NCBI GenBank assembly: GCA_011109175.1
Contig: RDEW01000019.1
Coordinates: 370,028-434,027, forward strand
DNA length: 64,000 nucleotides
Origin: Dicyema japonicum
Taxonomy: Eukaryota; Animalia; Dicyemida
Reading direction: 5' to 3'
Positions 12,720 through 24,839 of the stretch are shown here, in pieces. The notes beneath the pieces are model-generated. The model made no database searches and was not told the origin of the DNA. It saw only the letters and a program-made list of their open reading frames with translations. Position 1 is the first letter of the stretch; each line of letters opens with the position of its first letter. A program made the translations under genes and the position numbers.

Positions 12720-13080
12720 CTGATAGCCTGGAAGTGATGTTTCCCTCTAAGAATTGCCAAAGAAATCCTTTGGAACAGCCGTTCGGATTTCCCGACGCTC
12801 ATTGCTCACATTCGACATCATTAACCCAAGTGATCTTAGAAAGGAGACCGTACTGAGCCCAAGACCTCAGGAACCGGTCTCTGCTCGACGGCAAGAGAAT
12901 GGGTGAAGTCCTTTGCAGTCCACAACGGCATGGATAAGACTGATACAAGTAGATCCTGAGACAGATTGATAACCTATTGAGGAGGACGCCCTGTTCAAAA
13001 AAGAACCAATTGACGATGATGGGAACGCGATCAGCCAAGCACCGCTGTGAAGGGAAGAGGCTGCCAGAATTCAAGCCCGA
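12720..13080 (-). mobile_element. Internally deleted CRE-like 3' end
   Basis: YPCRCG..GLHPFSCRR joined directly to ETG..LG..FLRSLG and RLFQRISLAILRG. Confidence 0.6.
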
Positions 13081-13199
13081 CTGTGAAGTTGTCCGTTTAC
13101 ATAAGAGTCAAATTATTATTCTTGTTAGTCCAGTTCCTCAGTTAGTGTGTATTATTATTAACCAGAAAACTACCGTCATATCAAAATAAACAAAATTCA

Positions 13200-13800
13200 G
13201 GTGATCCCAGCCTCCCTCAACAGTCTCCGCATCTTTTCTCGGTGTTCCGACTGCGTTCTTGCGCATTTCTGATATGGACGGGGTCATCATACTCAAGTCC
13301 TTCGCAAGGCACTGTTCCAGTCGCCTCTATCATATTTTCTAGGTTTCTGGGCAGGATTTCCACACGGGAATATTCCCTTAGTAGGTTTGCTGCCTTCACT
13401 TGAATGTTGCAGATCATGTCCAAATTCGCTACAGCAAGGTTAGATCCCCAGACATTACATGTGTATCCTATTGTTGTCTCGATGAACTGTTTGTATATGA
13501 CATCCAGACCACTCAGATCTTTTTTGTCTCTTAGGTTTCCCAAGAACGCCTTAGGAAGTTGATTTTCCTCGTACAAGTCAATAACATATTTCGACATGTT
13601 TTGTAAAGGTTAAGAAGGTGTCAAAGGTAACTCGCAGGATTTTCTGGTATTTGTTTTGCGGAATATTCTTTCCATCCAGTGTGACGTCAATTGATACTTT
13701 CCCTAGTCTTCTGTTTGTCGTGAATAGGGTCAGCACGAATTCAGCGGGCTAGCAGTCAATTGATTCTCCCAAGGACATAAACTTAGTTTATTCAGTGTGT
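13200..13800 (-). mobile_element. I/Jockey-like LINE post-RT fragment
   Basis: LTLFTTNRR...KILRVTFDTFLTFTKHV and IYKQFIETTIGYTCNVWG...IQVKA; same family as 6640-7310. Confidence 0.7.
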
Positions 13801-13924
13801 ACAAAGGGAGTTTCTACGAAAGCCACCGACACTTCAACCCAAACTAATTTAATTATTTAAAATAAATTTAACTATAAATATTTCATAAAAAAAAATCACT
13901 AATTAAAAAATCGCCCCATGAACA

Positions 13925-14010
13925 AAAAATTCGCCGTGTGGCCCATGTGGTACTACGTGGCTAATTGGTTGAAGTTTTCTGCTTGTTTTGTTTGTTCCTT
14001 CCCTTTCCGT
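13925..14010 (+). mobile_element. Hairpin head shared with the element at 35036
   Basis: gccgtgtggcccatgtggtactacgtggctaattggttgaagtt versus ccgcgtggcgccatgtggtgcatcgcggctaattgattgaagtt. Confidence 0.5.
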
Positions 14011-14519
14011 TCGTCTAGGAAATCGGATCAGGAGATCTCCGTGAGTGCTGCTGGTTATTTGAGAATCTCGCTAACCATCCTGAGGGAGATTAGCCAGTCT
14101 GGGTAGCTATAATTTTCGCAGATAACGGAATAAATTATGATTCTCTTTCAAAATATTTAACGACGATCTGGTAAAGAAATCAAGAAGGGACGGCGAAGAC
14201 CTTAATGTTGTGAGCAGCTTGGCGTCGAATAAAGGAGGCTGGAAAAGGCTAATAACTATGATCACCTAAGCGTGGAACGTATAGGATTATATTCTATATG
14301 ATTCTATGTTCAGTTGCTTTAATAATATTATTTAAGTTGTTGTTTTGATTAAATTAAAAATTTTTATCTACTTTCTTATATTGATTTATTTAACGTCAAA
14401 AATAATGCGTTTAAAGTTATCAACCGATACAAGTATAAAAATAATTTATTAGAATTAGTTTGGTAATATGTATTCTTTCAATAATTTCGGCATTTATACG
14501 TTCCATGCATTGTGTGTTT

Positions 14520-14860
14520 TCTCCATTTTCTCCAACTACACGGCATTCACATATCAGACCATCATTTATGCATCATTGTTCTACAAGTTTAATAAATTTA
14601 TAAGGTATACCAAAACGACATAATTATTTATTTTAATATCATTTTCGTCATATTTCCGTTGATTTGCTTTGTTACACACAAAGATAAGTCGTAGTCGCCA
14701 CACAACAAAGTAACTCATTTTTATCATCTGAGATAGTAGGCGGATATTTGTCCCCAAAACGGACAAAAGGATTTTTTGTAGTCTGGTGTCTAGCATTATT
14801 ATAACTCTTAACAAACTTAGTTGTTCAAGTATTATTGTAGTCAAAAACAATGCATTTTAT
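14520..14860 (-). mobile_element. Integrase C-terminal fragment (Ginger/GIN-like)
   Basis: FVKSYNNARHQTTKNPF resembles the YN..H.T...PF motif at about 3490-3545. Confidence 0.4.
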
Positions 14861-15440
14861 AAATGACCGGTAATGTAAAATTTATTTTTTGATAAAAATG
14901 TGTCGATTTTTTATTACTCGTCGCAAAAATGCAATTTTGCTTATTTTTGAGTTATTTGCCACAAAAAACTTATTGAAAATAGATTTTATTATATTAAGCT
15001 TACTCTGGTGGGAAAAGCTATAAAGGTTATTTTAGGTGTTTTCTATCAAGTTTACTCTGATAGAGAAATCGATGAAGTTCATCTGAATCTAACATCGAGC
15101 CGTGGAGGGTGAAAGGGATTGGTAGCCAAGATCATACGAGCGAGCTACATGTAAAATCACGTTTTGTTACTTATGGCAGTAATCAAGGTCACTCGACCAG
15201 ATTAAGTTATCAATTCCTCACCAACAGTAAAATTATTAATTAATCCGCGAATAAATTAATTTTAAAAAATTTTTGTTTTTAATTAAATTCTAAATAACAC
15301 AAAAATATTATGTATAACCTTTTTTTTTGATTTTCAGAAAAAAATATAAAATAAATTCAGATTTTATATTCCTCAGAAAACCAACCTAACTTAATTTTTT
15401 TCTCATTTTATCAAAAACAAAGAGAAAAAAGAGTAAACGG

Positions 15441-16260
15441 TTATATAGTGGCTGCCCTGACTGCGTGGCTATTCCCTTTCAGGATAGCGAGTGAGATTCG
15501 CTCAAATAACCAGCAGCGCTCACGAGGGTCTCCTGTTCGTGTAGAAATCCGATTCCCTAGACGACTCAAAAATTCCAGCGTCGCAGGCGCAAGGGAACCA
15601 GACGTCTCAACAGCGAGTGGAGCAAACAAAAAATCTTTGGGTAGGACCACGTACTTTTCCGTTTCATCTTCTCGGCCTTCTCAGCGGCAGAACAGGCTAT
15701 AGAGGCACTCTGGAGTACTTTGCAAGAAACAAATGTGTCGGTGCAAGTAACGTCCAGACAAAAGTTTTCCCGGCTTCAATAGGAAAGATTGTCATCCCAT
15801 CTGATCGTTTCCCGTCCTGACAGCAAAGACCGACAGGTTCGACCATGAAGGGGTGTCCGCGGTGTTGGCTAGATGTCACTAGCACATCTTCAAAAGAATT
15901 TCAGCATATAGTATTTTCCAAGCCCCGCTGAGAAAACGAGGAAGGCAAGGAAAGCTAATAAGTGCGGCTCCAGGCCTCACGAGCATGTCCTACTTCCTTG
16001 TCAATAGAGAATTCAGGTAGAGAGTGTAGAATCCTCTTGAAATGGGAGTTACAGGCCACTAGCGATGATAGGTATGAAGGGAGAGAAAGGTCCACAGGGT
16101 TTCGAATTCCAAGTCCTCAGAGTCTCTCTGGCAGCGTGGCTTAATTCCATGAGTAATCCTCGAACCGAAAGTTGAAGATACTTTTCGAGTTAATCACACA
16201 GGGTGAAATAGGCAGCAGTCCTCAGGACATATGAGCCTCTGTACGTTGAGACTGTTTTTC
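15441..16260 (-). mobile_element. CRE-like element 3' part with RLE
   Basis: ATLPERL.GLGIR; DGKRSDGMTIFP; FAPLAVETSGSL...LSRLG...WLFERISLAILKGNSHAV. Confidence 0.85.
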
Positions 16261-16499
16261 AAGAGGAATAATGCTATTATCAAAATCTATTTAAAAATAG
16301 GTTGGGCAGATTAAAAAATTATTTCTTCTTGAGCTACTTCTCGCTGTTCTTAAATAAAATTAATATTAGTCCAAATATCACAAATGAAAAAAAAATAATT
16401 TTTTTAAGTTATATTTAGAATTATAGTTTAAACTCTTTCTTTATGTTCTCCATTTCATTTTGAGTCCATCTTGTTCAACCATAATGTATACAGGGGGTT

Positions 16500-17540
16500 A
16501 TTTGTATCATTTTCTTGTCTAAAAATTAGTATTTGTACGCAACCTTGAAATCACTTCATCTCCGATATCAATGACTGAGTCGTTAATTCCCAATTTCGGC
16601 AAAATTCAACAGGTTTTCGAAAGCTGTGTTTCTCGCTATTATTAGTTCCTCTTCCGATATTCTTCGGTTAATTGTTCAGCTTTGTATTCTCTATTACCCT
16701 CCACAACCACAAAAATATAGAAAGGTATTTTTTTGTTGATGAATGAAGCGTAGAATACTTTCCAAAACAACCTCTAGACGAGGATTCCGAAGACATCCAA
16801 CGTTTAATACTTTGATTAATCACAAAATTATAACTTACAATTTACCTTGAATCAAGGGGACTCGTGGCCTACTTGGGACATGTTTTATGGAGTATTTTAT
16901 GCATAAATTGTACATTAAAAAATTGAAAAATTCACATTAAAGACACAAAAAAAACATATTTTGAAAGAGCGATACAATTTCACTGTTCGTTTATTTTTAG
17001 CCAGCTCATTCATAACAATTAGAGAAGGAGTCCAAACAACCAAAATCTTTAATATTAGAAATCATACCAAAGAATATCCATCATTCATTTCTGACTCTCT
17101 CCTTAGGTCTATTAAATCATAATATGGAGATCCCCTTGTCCTTATAGCTAAGATCGGTGTTACGTGTTCAGTAATTTCTTTGCCTGTGGAAATAAAAAGC
17201 AAAAAAATACCTGACAAAATACACAATTTGAGATAACTGTCCCAATCAGATCTCTACCAATCCGGATCTCTACAAAAGTAATTATATTCTGACTAATAAA
17301 TTGTGACTTTAAGGTATACCTCTATTGTTTATAGCATTAATTCCTGTTCATCTTCACAAAAAACCGTATTTTTTACTACCATGTAAAATATAGACCTTTT
17401 CCTTATCGAATATAATTTTTTAGAGAGTTCCTTTAGATGAAACCTGTCGAGTGGATAATGTCTCCTCAAAGGTCAAGATTATTACTGATTTTCATAATTT
17501 CTTTAATTTTTCCTGGTTAACGCACTAGAAGCATTTGTTC
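16500..17540 (-). mobile_element. Near full-length decayed Ginger/GIN-like integrase ORF
   Basis: Start MLLVR near 17536; ISNCVFCQ (CC); TPILAIRTR...DLIDLR; LDSFS; IKHVPSRPRVPLIQG; IGDEV tail; no RT/RNase H upstream. Confidence 0.7.
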
Positions 17541-17589
17541 ACGTTATTAATTAATAAAATTATTCCAAAGAATTTTATTAAATTAATTA

Positions 17590-17770
17590 AATTAAAGTTA
17601 TTCCAAAGACCAAGGGTAACCAAACTAACTAACTACTTGATCCTGACTCGTTCCAGCGTTCCAGAACGACATTGTCCCCTGGGTAAAAATAGTTGGATCC
17701 TCTTGATGTCGGCCAGGCATTGGGCGTCTCCTCAGTAGGTGGATACAATGACTCCTCCAGAGGAAAGGAA
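17590..17770 (-). repeat. Conserved LINE 3' end, 3 copies (also 41600-41800 and 54868-54950)
   Basis: Shared ttccaaagaccaagg(g/t)taaccaaacta...gatc(c/a)tgactc; the 41600 copy continues into a longer LINE-like body. Confidence 0.7.
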
Positions 17771-19279
17771 AATTAATTTTATCGATTAATTATTAAAATT
17801 TATAGACATTTTTAAAATCCAATAAAAAATTTATGAAATTCATATTTTTAATTCAATTTACTTTCGTCGATAATTAATTAATTGGACTGTTAAATTAAAT
17901 CTTTAAAACTTAGTGGCTGCTCTCATAATTGAAAGCGCATTTACCTTTACGATTTGCAAGGAAATGTGCTCTACAGCTCCTTTCTCTCCTATCGTTTTTC
18001 TTCTTCGTGATGAGCGAGCCGATCCTGTTTAGCAGGGTCAGTGACCTGCTTTTTATTATTCCTGTCGTTTCGACTCCCACTGGTTCGAAGATGAATTGTC
18101 ATCCAAGACATGCGAATTTTTTATTTTTAGGGTCTCAGCCTTCTCCGAAGCTGACCCTGGGTCAGTTGCTGTCGTTGAGAGGTTGGAGGGAGAGAGGCTA
18201 TCGCGTCCCAGGCAAGGTTTTTACCACTCTTCATGGAAAAAGAGTGGTACCGTCCGGTCTTCGGTTAGCTTGAGCAAGTCTAAGCGGCTCCAATTGGACA
18301 GGAAATCCGGCAGCCTAAAGTTCCCAAGCAATAGCTTCATTGATTGCGACGTGTCTAGGAATCCTTCCAGCACTCCTCTGGCAGGAGAGAGCGTATTTTT
18401 TCCTAGTAAATATGTGTTAAGGTATCAAATTCCTGTTACATTTAAATTTATCAAGCATAATTTTCTCAACAACCTCAAAATAATCAAAAATACATCTCTC
18501 CCTGCCCAAATCCTCTGGTGAAGATTACACTATGAAAACTCTTTCACCAAAGAATGAAGTGATATCTTGAAGTGATGGAAATGGAAGAGGGAGAGCCTAC
18601 CTCTCCATTTATCTTCTAAAGCGGAAGCCTGTAATTTACTATTGATTGATGGATTTGGTCTGCACAAGCAGATGTTCTCCTTTGGGTTCCTTCCTCGGTT
18701 TAAGTAGTTGTAACTATTTGTGATGGGTTTACCTAAGAATGTACGTGTTGGGGTAATAAATATGTACTACTCGTTAGACTGTTGCTCTTGTCTCGATAAC
18801 TGTCGGTTAGATTCGCATTCTGATAACCTACTTGGTCGAAAGAATACTTTCTACTATACTTTTTTTTCATTTCTTTAGAGGTGTCGTGGGATCCACCTAA
18901 CTCAGGAGATCCAGTGCCTAGTTAAAAAGTCCTTCTCATCCCTACTCTATAGAGGTGTTCCCATAATGGCGAATATAGATACCGTTATGCTGGAAAAGCA
19001 TAAGTCCCCGTAAGATTTTGCGAACTGAATATACCTCTTTCGAAAATACCCAGAGTTATCAAAATCACTTCTTTCTCTACTTCTTACACAATTTTGTAGG
19101 ACTGAAGTCATATGGACTGCGGATGTGAGAATTAAAATTGCCATGTCAATTTGTGTTTTATTCAAATGAAAGGATATCATAAATAATTTATTTAATACTC
19201 CAAGATCACCTAAAAAGATGTTAAAAATACTAATTAAATAATCCCAGCTTTTACTAATTCACCGGGTACCGCTTGTATG

Positions 19280-20800
19280 GTCTTTTAATGTCTCAACTAT
19301 AGAACCTCCATAAAAGGCTAAAATAACTCGATCTGAGTTTCCTCTACTCGAACGATCGCATCTGTTTCTTGCTGAAACAAAGGAAACCACACCACGATTC
19401 CTCGTGGATTCTTATAAAAGGAGGATGGGGAAGGAGGGCTGTAATAGTGTTGGATGTTAACATGCAGTTCTCCGTCTTATTGAATTTTGTTCGTTGAGTT
19501 TGGATGAGAATATCGCAAACCTCCACACGGGACAGGCGTATTCAATTATTGGGACAATGACCTGGTTATAAAGTCTAGATATGCAAGAGGAAAGGATTTT
19601 TTTTAATAATTGCCTTCAACTTCCGGAGTCCTTGGTCATGACCTCTTCAGCGCCAGAGAATCTATGTTTACTGGATCATTAGTGAGTTCTAAGTAACTCA
19701 GAAAATCTTCTGTTTACTGGATATCTGAAAGGGGTGTTCCCAATGTATAGTTCGGTTTCATTTAGACTTCCTGAGGTAAATATCGTGAATGTGCATTTTG
19801 CCGCGACACCGTGAAAGAATTAATATCGAACAAATCATGTACCCTTTTGATACTTGATCGGACACGGCAACCAACAAGGATATATTTTGTCCTAGCGGCG
19901 ATAATAATATTATTTGAATAATCTAGGAACAGCTTGTCAGACATTTAGAATATCTTATAAAAACAGGTTGAATAATGCAGGAGATGCTGGGGATCCTTAT
20001 GGTATACTGTTCCCCATCAGGCAAGATATTGAATTGAGGTTGTCATACCGTACTATCCCATGTCGAACAGAAAAGAGGTTGTTCAGTCACAATTTTATAT
20101 TCGAATGAATGCAAGTCTCAAAAATCTTTTTTTGTTAGCATAGGCCTCGAGATAGAGTCGAATGCCTTGCGTATGTTCACAGAGAGCAAGGTCGTTCACA
20201 AAGAGCAAGATTTTTCTGTGTGTTGAATCCATCGGTGATAAATTGTGAGACAATTACAAGATGCGTCGTTTTCCAACAATTTGGACATTGTGCATGTAAG
20301 GAAGACCTGGCTGTACAAAGCAGGGTCATCTTTTTTGCTTTCTTGTGTTCAAAATATATGTGATCAAGGAATTCTTCCAGATATTTGGGATAGGGTATGT
20401 GGTGATGTGATAATTATACAAGTCAGTTAATGCAGCCTTAGGACGACATAAAGATGCTTAAGGTGGATCAATCATATTTCACATACACAGGTTGCGCTTA
20501 GTGAAGCTATGGAATCACCCACCTCAACATGAAATGGTAATTGGGGGTGTGGGTTTTCGATTGCAGTACTTCATCCGTATGGAAATATCGAAGTTCTAAT
20601 GACTTATGGCGAAGTAGTGCTTTGTTAGTTTATTCTCGTAGACTTTGGGAGACTGGGTGATCTCCCTGTCATCCTAGTTGATAAAACTGTTGATACTTCT
20701 TTGCGTTTTCAGAAGATGGCACATGAATTTTCATGACACAGACGTTCAACTTCTGCACTTGTGTCTGTGGTTAACTCAAAAATAGTGCTGTTGTGGTGTA
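19280..20800 (-). mobile_element. Decayed I/Jockey-like LINE ORF2 (linker, RT, C-terminus)
   Basis: DDPALYSQVFLTCTMSKLLE; NSIP*GSPASPALFNLF (PQG motif disrupted); YSNNIIIAAR (degenerate YADD); PIIEYACPVW. Confidence 0.7.
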
Positions 20801-20829
20801 ATTGAGAAAAAGTAACCAGAAGCGATATG

Positions 20830-23225
20830 CACAAGATCGACAAAAGAGAAGAGCTTTGTGAATTTTTGCAATAAAATTAACAAAGAAAGCGGCTGATATG
20901 TTGTGTCGTTTGTTCGTCGGGTTTTCACATGTCATGTGTTGGAATGACCAAAAAAGCCCTTACCACCATTACCAACTGGTGTTGCCAGGCATGCCTCTTC
21001 CTGGGACTAAGCACCATCGACTCCACCTAATTCACCTGAACGAATACCAATAGATTACCAGAAAACCCTTGAATCAATTGCAACCTGGCATCTACAAGAA
21101 GGATCATGATCAAAATTCCAAAAGCTGCCCGTGTTCCTGCCGCCGACTGTTTACACGATTGTATTGAAAGGGCAATTTCTTCGACTGACCCAGTGGATTG
21201 GACACGATTATTCTACTTTGCACCATATACGCTATGTATGACCTGTCAGAAGAGGAAAGATCAAGAATCGCTCACGTCTTTTGTAAAGGAAAATATTTGC
21301 TTGTTTTCTTCTGGAAATTTGTTCAGTGACTCCCGAGAATATACCTTCAAGCCCTCAAACCACGAGAACCATGCCTCAGAAACACAAAGATTGGGAAGAG
21401 CGATACATCGCAAACTATCTGAAGGTGTGAGGACTCTAGAAGAGCATAACCGTCTAATTGAGCCAACTGAACACTCCTACGATGCACTGGTTGAACGACA
21501 TCCTGCTCCGCCAGTGGACGAACAGATCCCTACTTGCTCTGGAGAATTACCTAGTCTGATTATTACTGAGGGGACGTGAAAGATGCGATCCTCTCATTCC
21601 CCAAGCAGCAGTGGGGGACTTGACGGATCCGTCCAGGACACCTAAAAGACTTAATTGATCAGAATACGGGAACTCGGTGTTCGGCTATTATCGCTATAAA
21701 GAGGTTAATCAACAGAATGCTTTCCGGAAGATTACCAGAAGCAATCCGTCATATTATGTTTTCCGCCAAGTTAATTGCCTTTGATAAATGTGGAGGAGGA
21801 ATTCGTCCTATTGCTGTTGGGTTTGTTTTTCGTCGATTGGCTTCTAAACTTGCTAGCAGAGCAATCTTTCCGATGCTTGTCAAACAACTGCGACTAACCC
21901 AAGTAGGGGTCGGTACTCCTGGTGGATGTGAGGCGGCGGTTCATGCCGTTCGGATGTTTACTAAAACAGAACGAACATGCCTTGTGTGGTCCTCAAGATT
22001 GACATAAAAAACGCCTTCAATACCATACGGCGTGATGTAATTTAGGAAGATAGCCTTACCCATTACCCGTCTATATATAATTATGTTCATTGTTCGTATG
22101 GAAAACCGTCCAGTCTTGTCCACGGGAAATACTTCATTCCCTCGTCGTGTGGAGTTCAGCAAGGAGACCCACTAGGACCGGCATTGTTCTGCCTCGGTGT
22201 CGACCGTGTCATGAGATGCCTTACTACTCCGCCGAACTGTAATTAGTAATGTCGAATTCGACGAACAAAGGATGGGAACAAGCAACCTAGCCCGTTCGCT
22301 TTGGTTGACTCGGAATTCTCTCACCATCTGATTTAGCACACCCGGCATATCAATCCTCATGGACTCCAATCAGAATTTGATCATGATGATTCTCCAGCTC
22401 CCATCAGAGTCGTCAAAGATCTAAGATTTGGTACACCCTAAAGTCAAACAACCCGGTCAAAGAGACCTTTATGAGTATGTCTGCGAGGATAAATACGAGA
22501 GGCTTTTGAAATATCTAACCAACATCGACGAGCCTGTCTTTTAACTGCAAAATGCGATTGGAGCGGGACTTGGATCAATGCCCTACCCATTGGAAAACGT
22601 GGGAACTCACCTAGACGATAAAACGGTCCGCACCGGAGTCTCCATCAGACTTGGATTGAAAGTTTGTCAACCCCATGAGTGCCGATGCGGCCGGAAGGTC
22701 GACTGCTATGGACATCATGCCTTTCTTGTCGAAAAAGCGCAGGTTGATTCGCTAGACACAAGGCTATAAATGAAGTGGTGAAGCGCGCCCTCGAGTTGGC
22801 GGGATACCCATCCATTCTAGAGCCAACGGGCTTGAGTAGGGATGATGGGAAGCGACCCTATGGAATTACTGTCTTCCCCTTCTCTCGGGGCAAATGCTTA
22901 ATTTGGGATGCTGCCTGTACTGACAGCTTATCCCAGTCGAAACTTTTGAGGTCGGCAATGAAACCGGGAGAGGCCTCCCGTTTATATGAAACTCAAATAT
23001 AAAGAAATACAGCAGCCTCTTAAACCGTTTCCATGTACAGCCAGTGGTCGTCAAGACGAGCGGAGTCTTTGGCCCCAAGACGATCTCTTTCCTTAGAGCA
23101 CTTGGGTTTCTATTTACCAAAGCCTCGAGGGAGCGTCGGGAAACCGAATGGCTTTTCCAAAAGATTTCCCTGGCAGTAGTCAGAGGTAACAGCCACTCGT
23201 CCAATATCCGCTGGACTCAGTAATT
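20830..23225 (+). mobile_element. CRE-like element with N-terminal PHD finger, RT and RLE; decayed, near full length
   Basis: LICCVVCSSGFHMSCVG...NWCCQAC; IKIPKAARV; GIRPIAVGFVFRRLASK; VQQGDPLGP; HECRCG; DGKRPYGIT..WDAAC; VKTSG..G; KISLAVVRGNSH. Middle of RT deleted relative to the 51860 copy. Confidence 0.88.
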
Positions 23226-23499
23226 AACTACTCATGTTTCCTAATAATAAATTTTGATTAGATCAAAAAAAGAAAAAAAAGAAGTTTTTAGAAAATATTT
23301 TGGAGAATTTTATATCAAAAGCTTTTATTGAATTTTTCGTATTAGAAACATTTCTAACTAGCAGGTTTATCATTATTATAGCTATTTTAAAAATATATGA
23401 TTTTCTAATTCCATCTACCAACTCTAGGATCAATAAGGTCACTAATTTTTAGTGGAATATGATTTTCCTTGCATAAGTTGAACAGTAAAGTTTACATAA

Positions 23500-24830
23500 C
23501 TTGAAATAACGACCAAGGTTATGCTGAAGCAGTGTCTTTTACTCTCCGTTATTATCTTAGAATTGACTTAACAAGAGGACTCCCAAAGAACATATTTTAA
23601 GATTTTTTCCTTTGATGTTTTATCGTCTTCCAACTTTCTTAAGTACTCCTTATGGAACTTTGATTTTCATTATTGGGATGTACTATGCGGTTACTTGATT
23701 AAAGATTCTCTTCCTTCTAGTATCCACCAAACACTTCATCGGATCAACTTAACACAGGAGACGCCCAATAGTCGTGCGAGATTCAAAAAGGACCCATCTT
23801 TTCATTTCAAAGGAAGACTATTCCGTTATTCATGATGTATTGAATCTATAGTTTGTCGAAAGAATTTAGAGAGGCAGAAATGGACCAACAAAGACTTGCA
23901 TTGGATCAAATAATCAGTTTAACCGATACATAAACTAATGAACTAATGAGTAACAGTTTATTTGCACCAAAAAAACGTCCTTTAATCGATACTTTCTCAA
24001 GTTAAATGAGAACCTGACCAATTTGAACTCAAAGACTTTGATCATCCGACATTTTTTAGTTCAAAACTTAGTGTATCCAAGTATTCAGAGACCACAATTT
24101 AAGCGATGAGACCTTCGCACGTCATGAAGATACATATTCATATCCTGTTATTAAGGAACGTCACCACCAATACACTTTCACAATGGAACTGTCATGCAAA
24201 AGCGTTGCTACCTGAAAAATAGAAAACAGTTTATTTTCCATTACTGTCCTTCTTATAGTCCATCTAATTGTTTCCCCCTCTGAGACAACTCCAAATCTAT
24301 GTCTCCGTAGAATGATCCGTGGTTGTCAGGCAACATTGGTAAAAAACTTAACTACCAGACTAAAAATCTCCGAATTTAAATATGGAAGCAAATATAATAA
24401 AAACATAAAAAACTAATCGTCATTTAACAAAAACTCCAGTTGCTCGATACAATTTTCAAGGTCCCTTATATTATCATTATTATCGATGAGTTCAAGCGAC
24501 AATGACAACCTGAGAGGATCTTTTCACCAACTCATTTACTTCATTGTCAGAAGGGTTGCATTCTCTTGTATATTTGTCGCCTTCTTTATCACACGGGAGC
24601 GTCACGTGGTGGGGATCTTAAAAATTGACGTAATTAAGTCCTTGAGTGAGACAGAATGGTACAAATGATCGAAAAATAAAGCCGTCCGTAGACTCAATAG
24701 ATTTGTTGTAGGCATTCTCGATAAAGTCAGTCCAGTCCTTCTCGGAAATGGTCTTATTCGGTTACTTAGTAAGTACCTCGTTTCTAACTGGGAGTAAGTT
24801 ATTTTAAGGTTATCGAGTTCTTCTATCGTT
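23500..24830 (-). pseudogene. Unidentified host-like gene remnant inside the duplication
   Basis: Protein-like stretches (SLSLELIDNNDNIRDLENCIENLEFLLND; GVVSEGETIRWTIRRTVMEG) and a 23-nt GT-AG intron-like segment in the partner copy near 59792-59814; no family recognised. Confidence 0.3.
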
Positions 24831-24839
24831 ATTTTAACA

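Noticed and set aside
13925-13965. tRNA gene suggested by an A-box-like motif
   Set aside because: No anticodon arm, T arm or B box follows; kept only as a SINE-like head.
23900-24060. ATM N-terminal (TAN) motif in the duplicated unknown gene
   Set aside because: Resemblance is too weak to support by eye.
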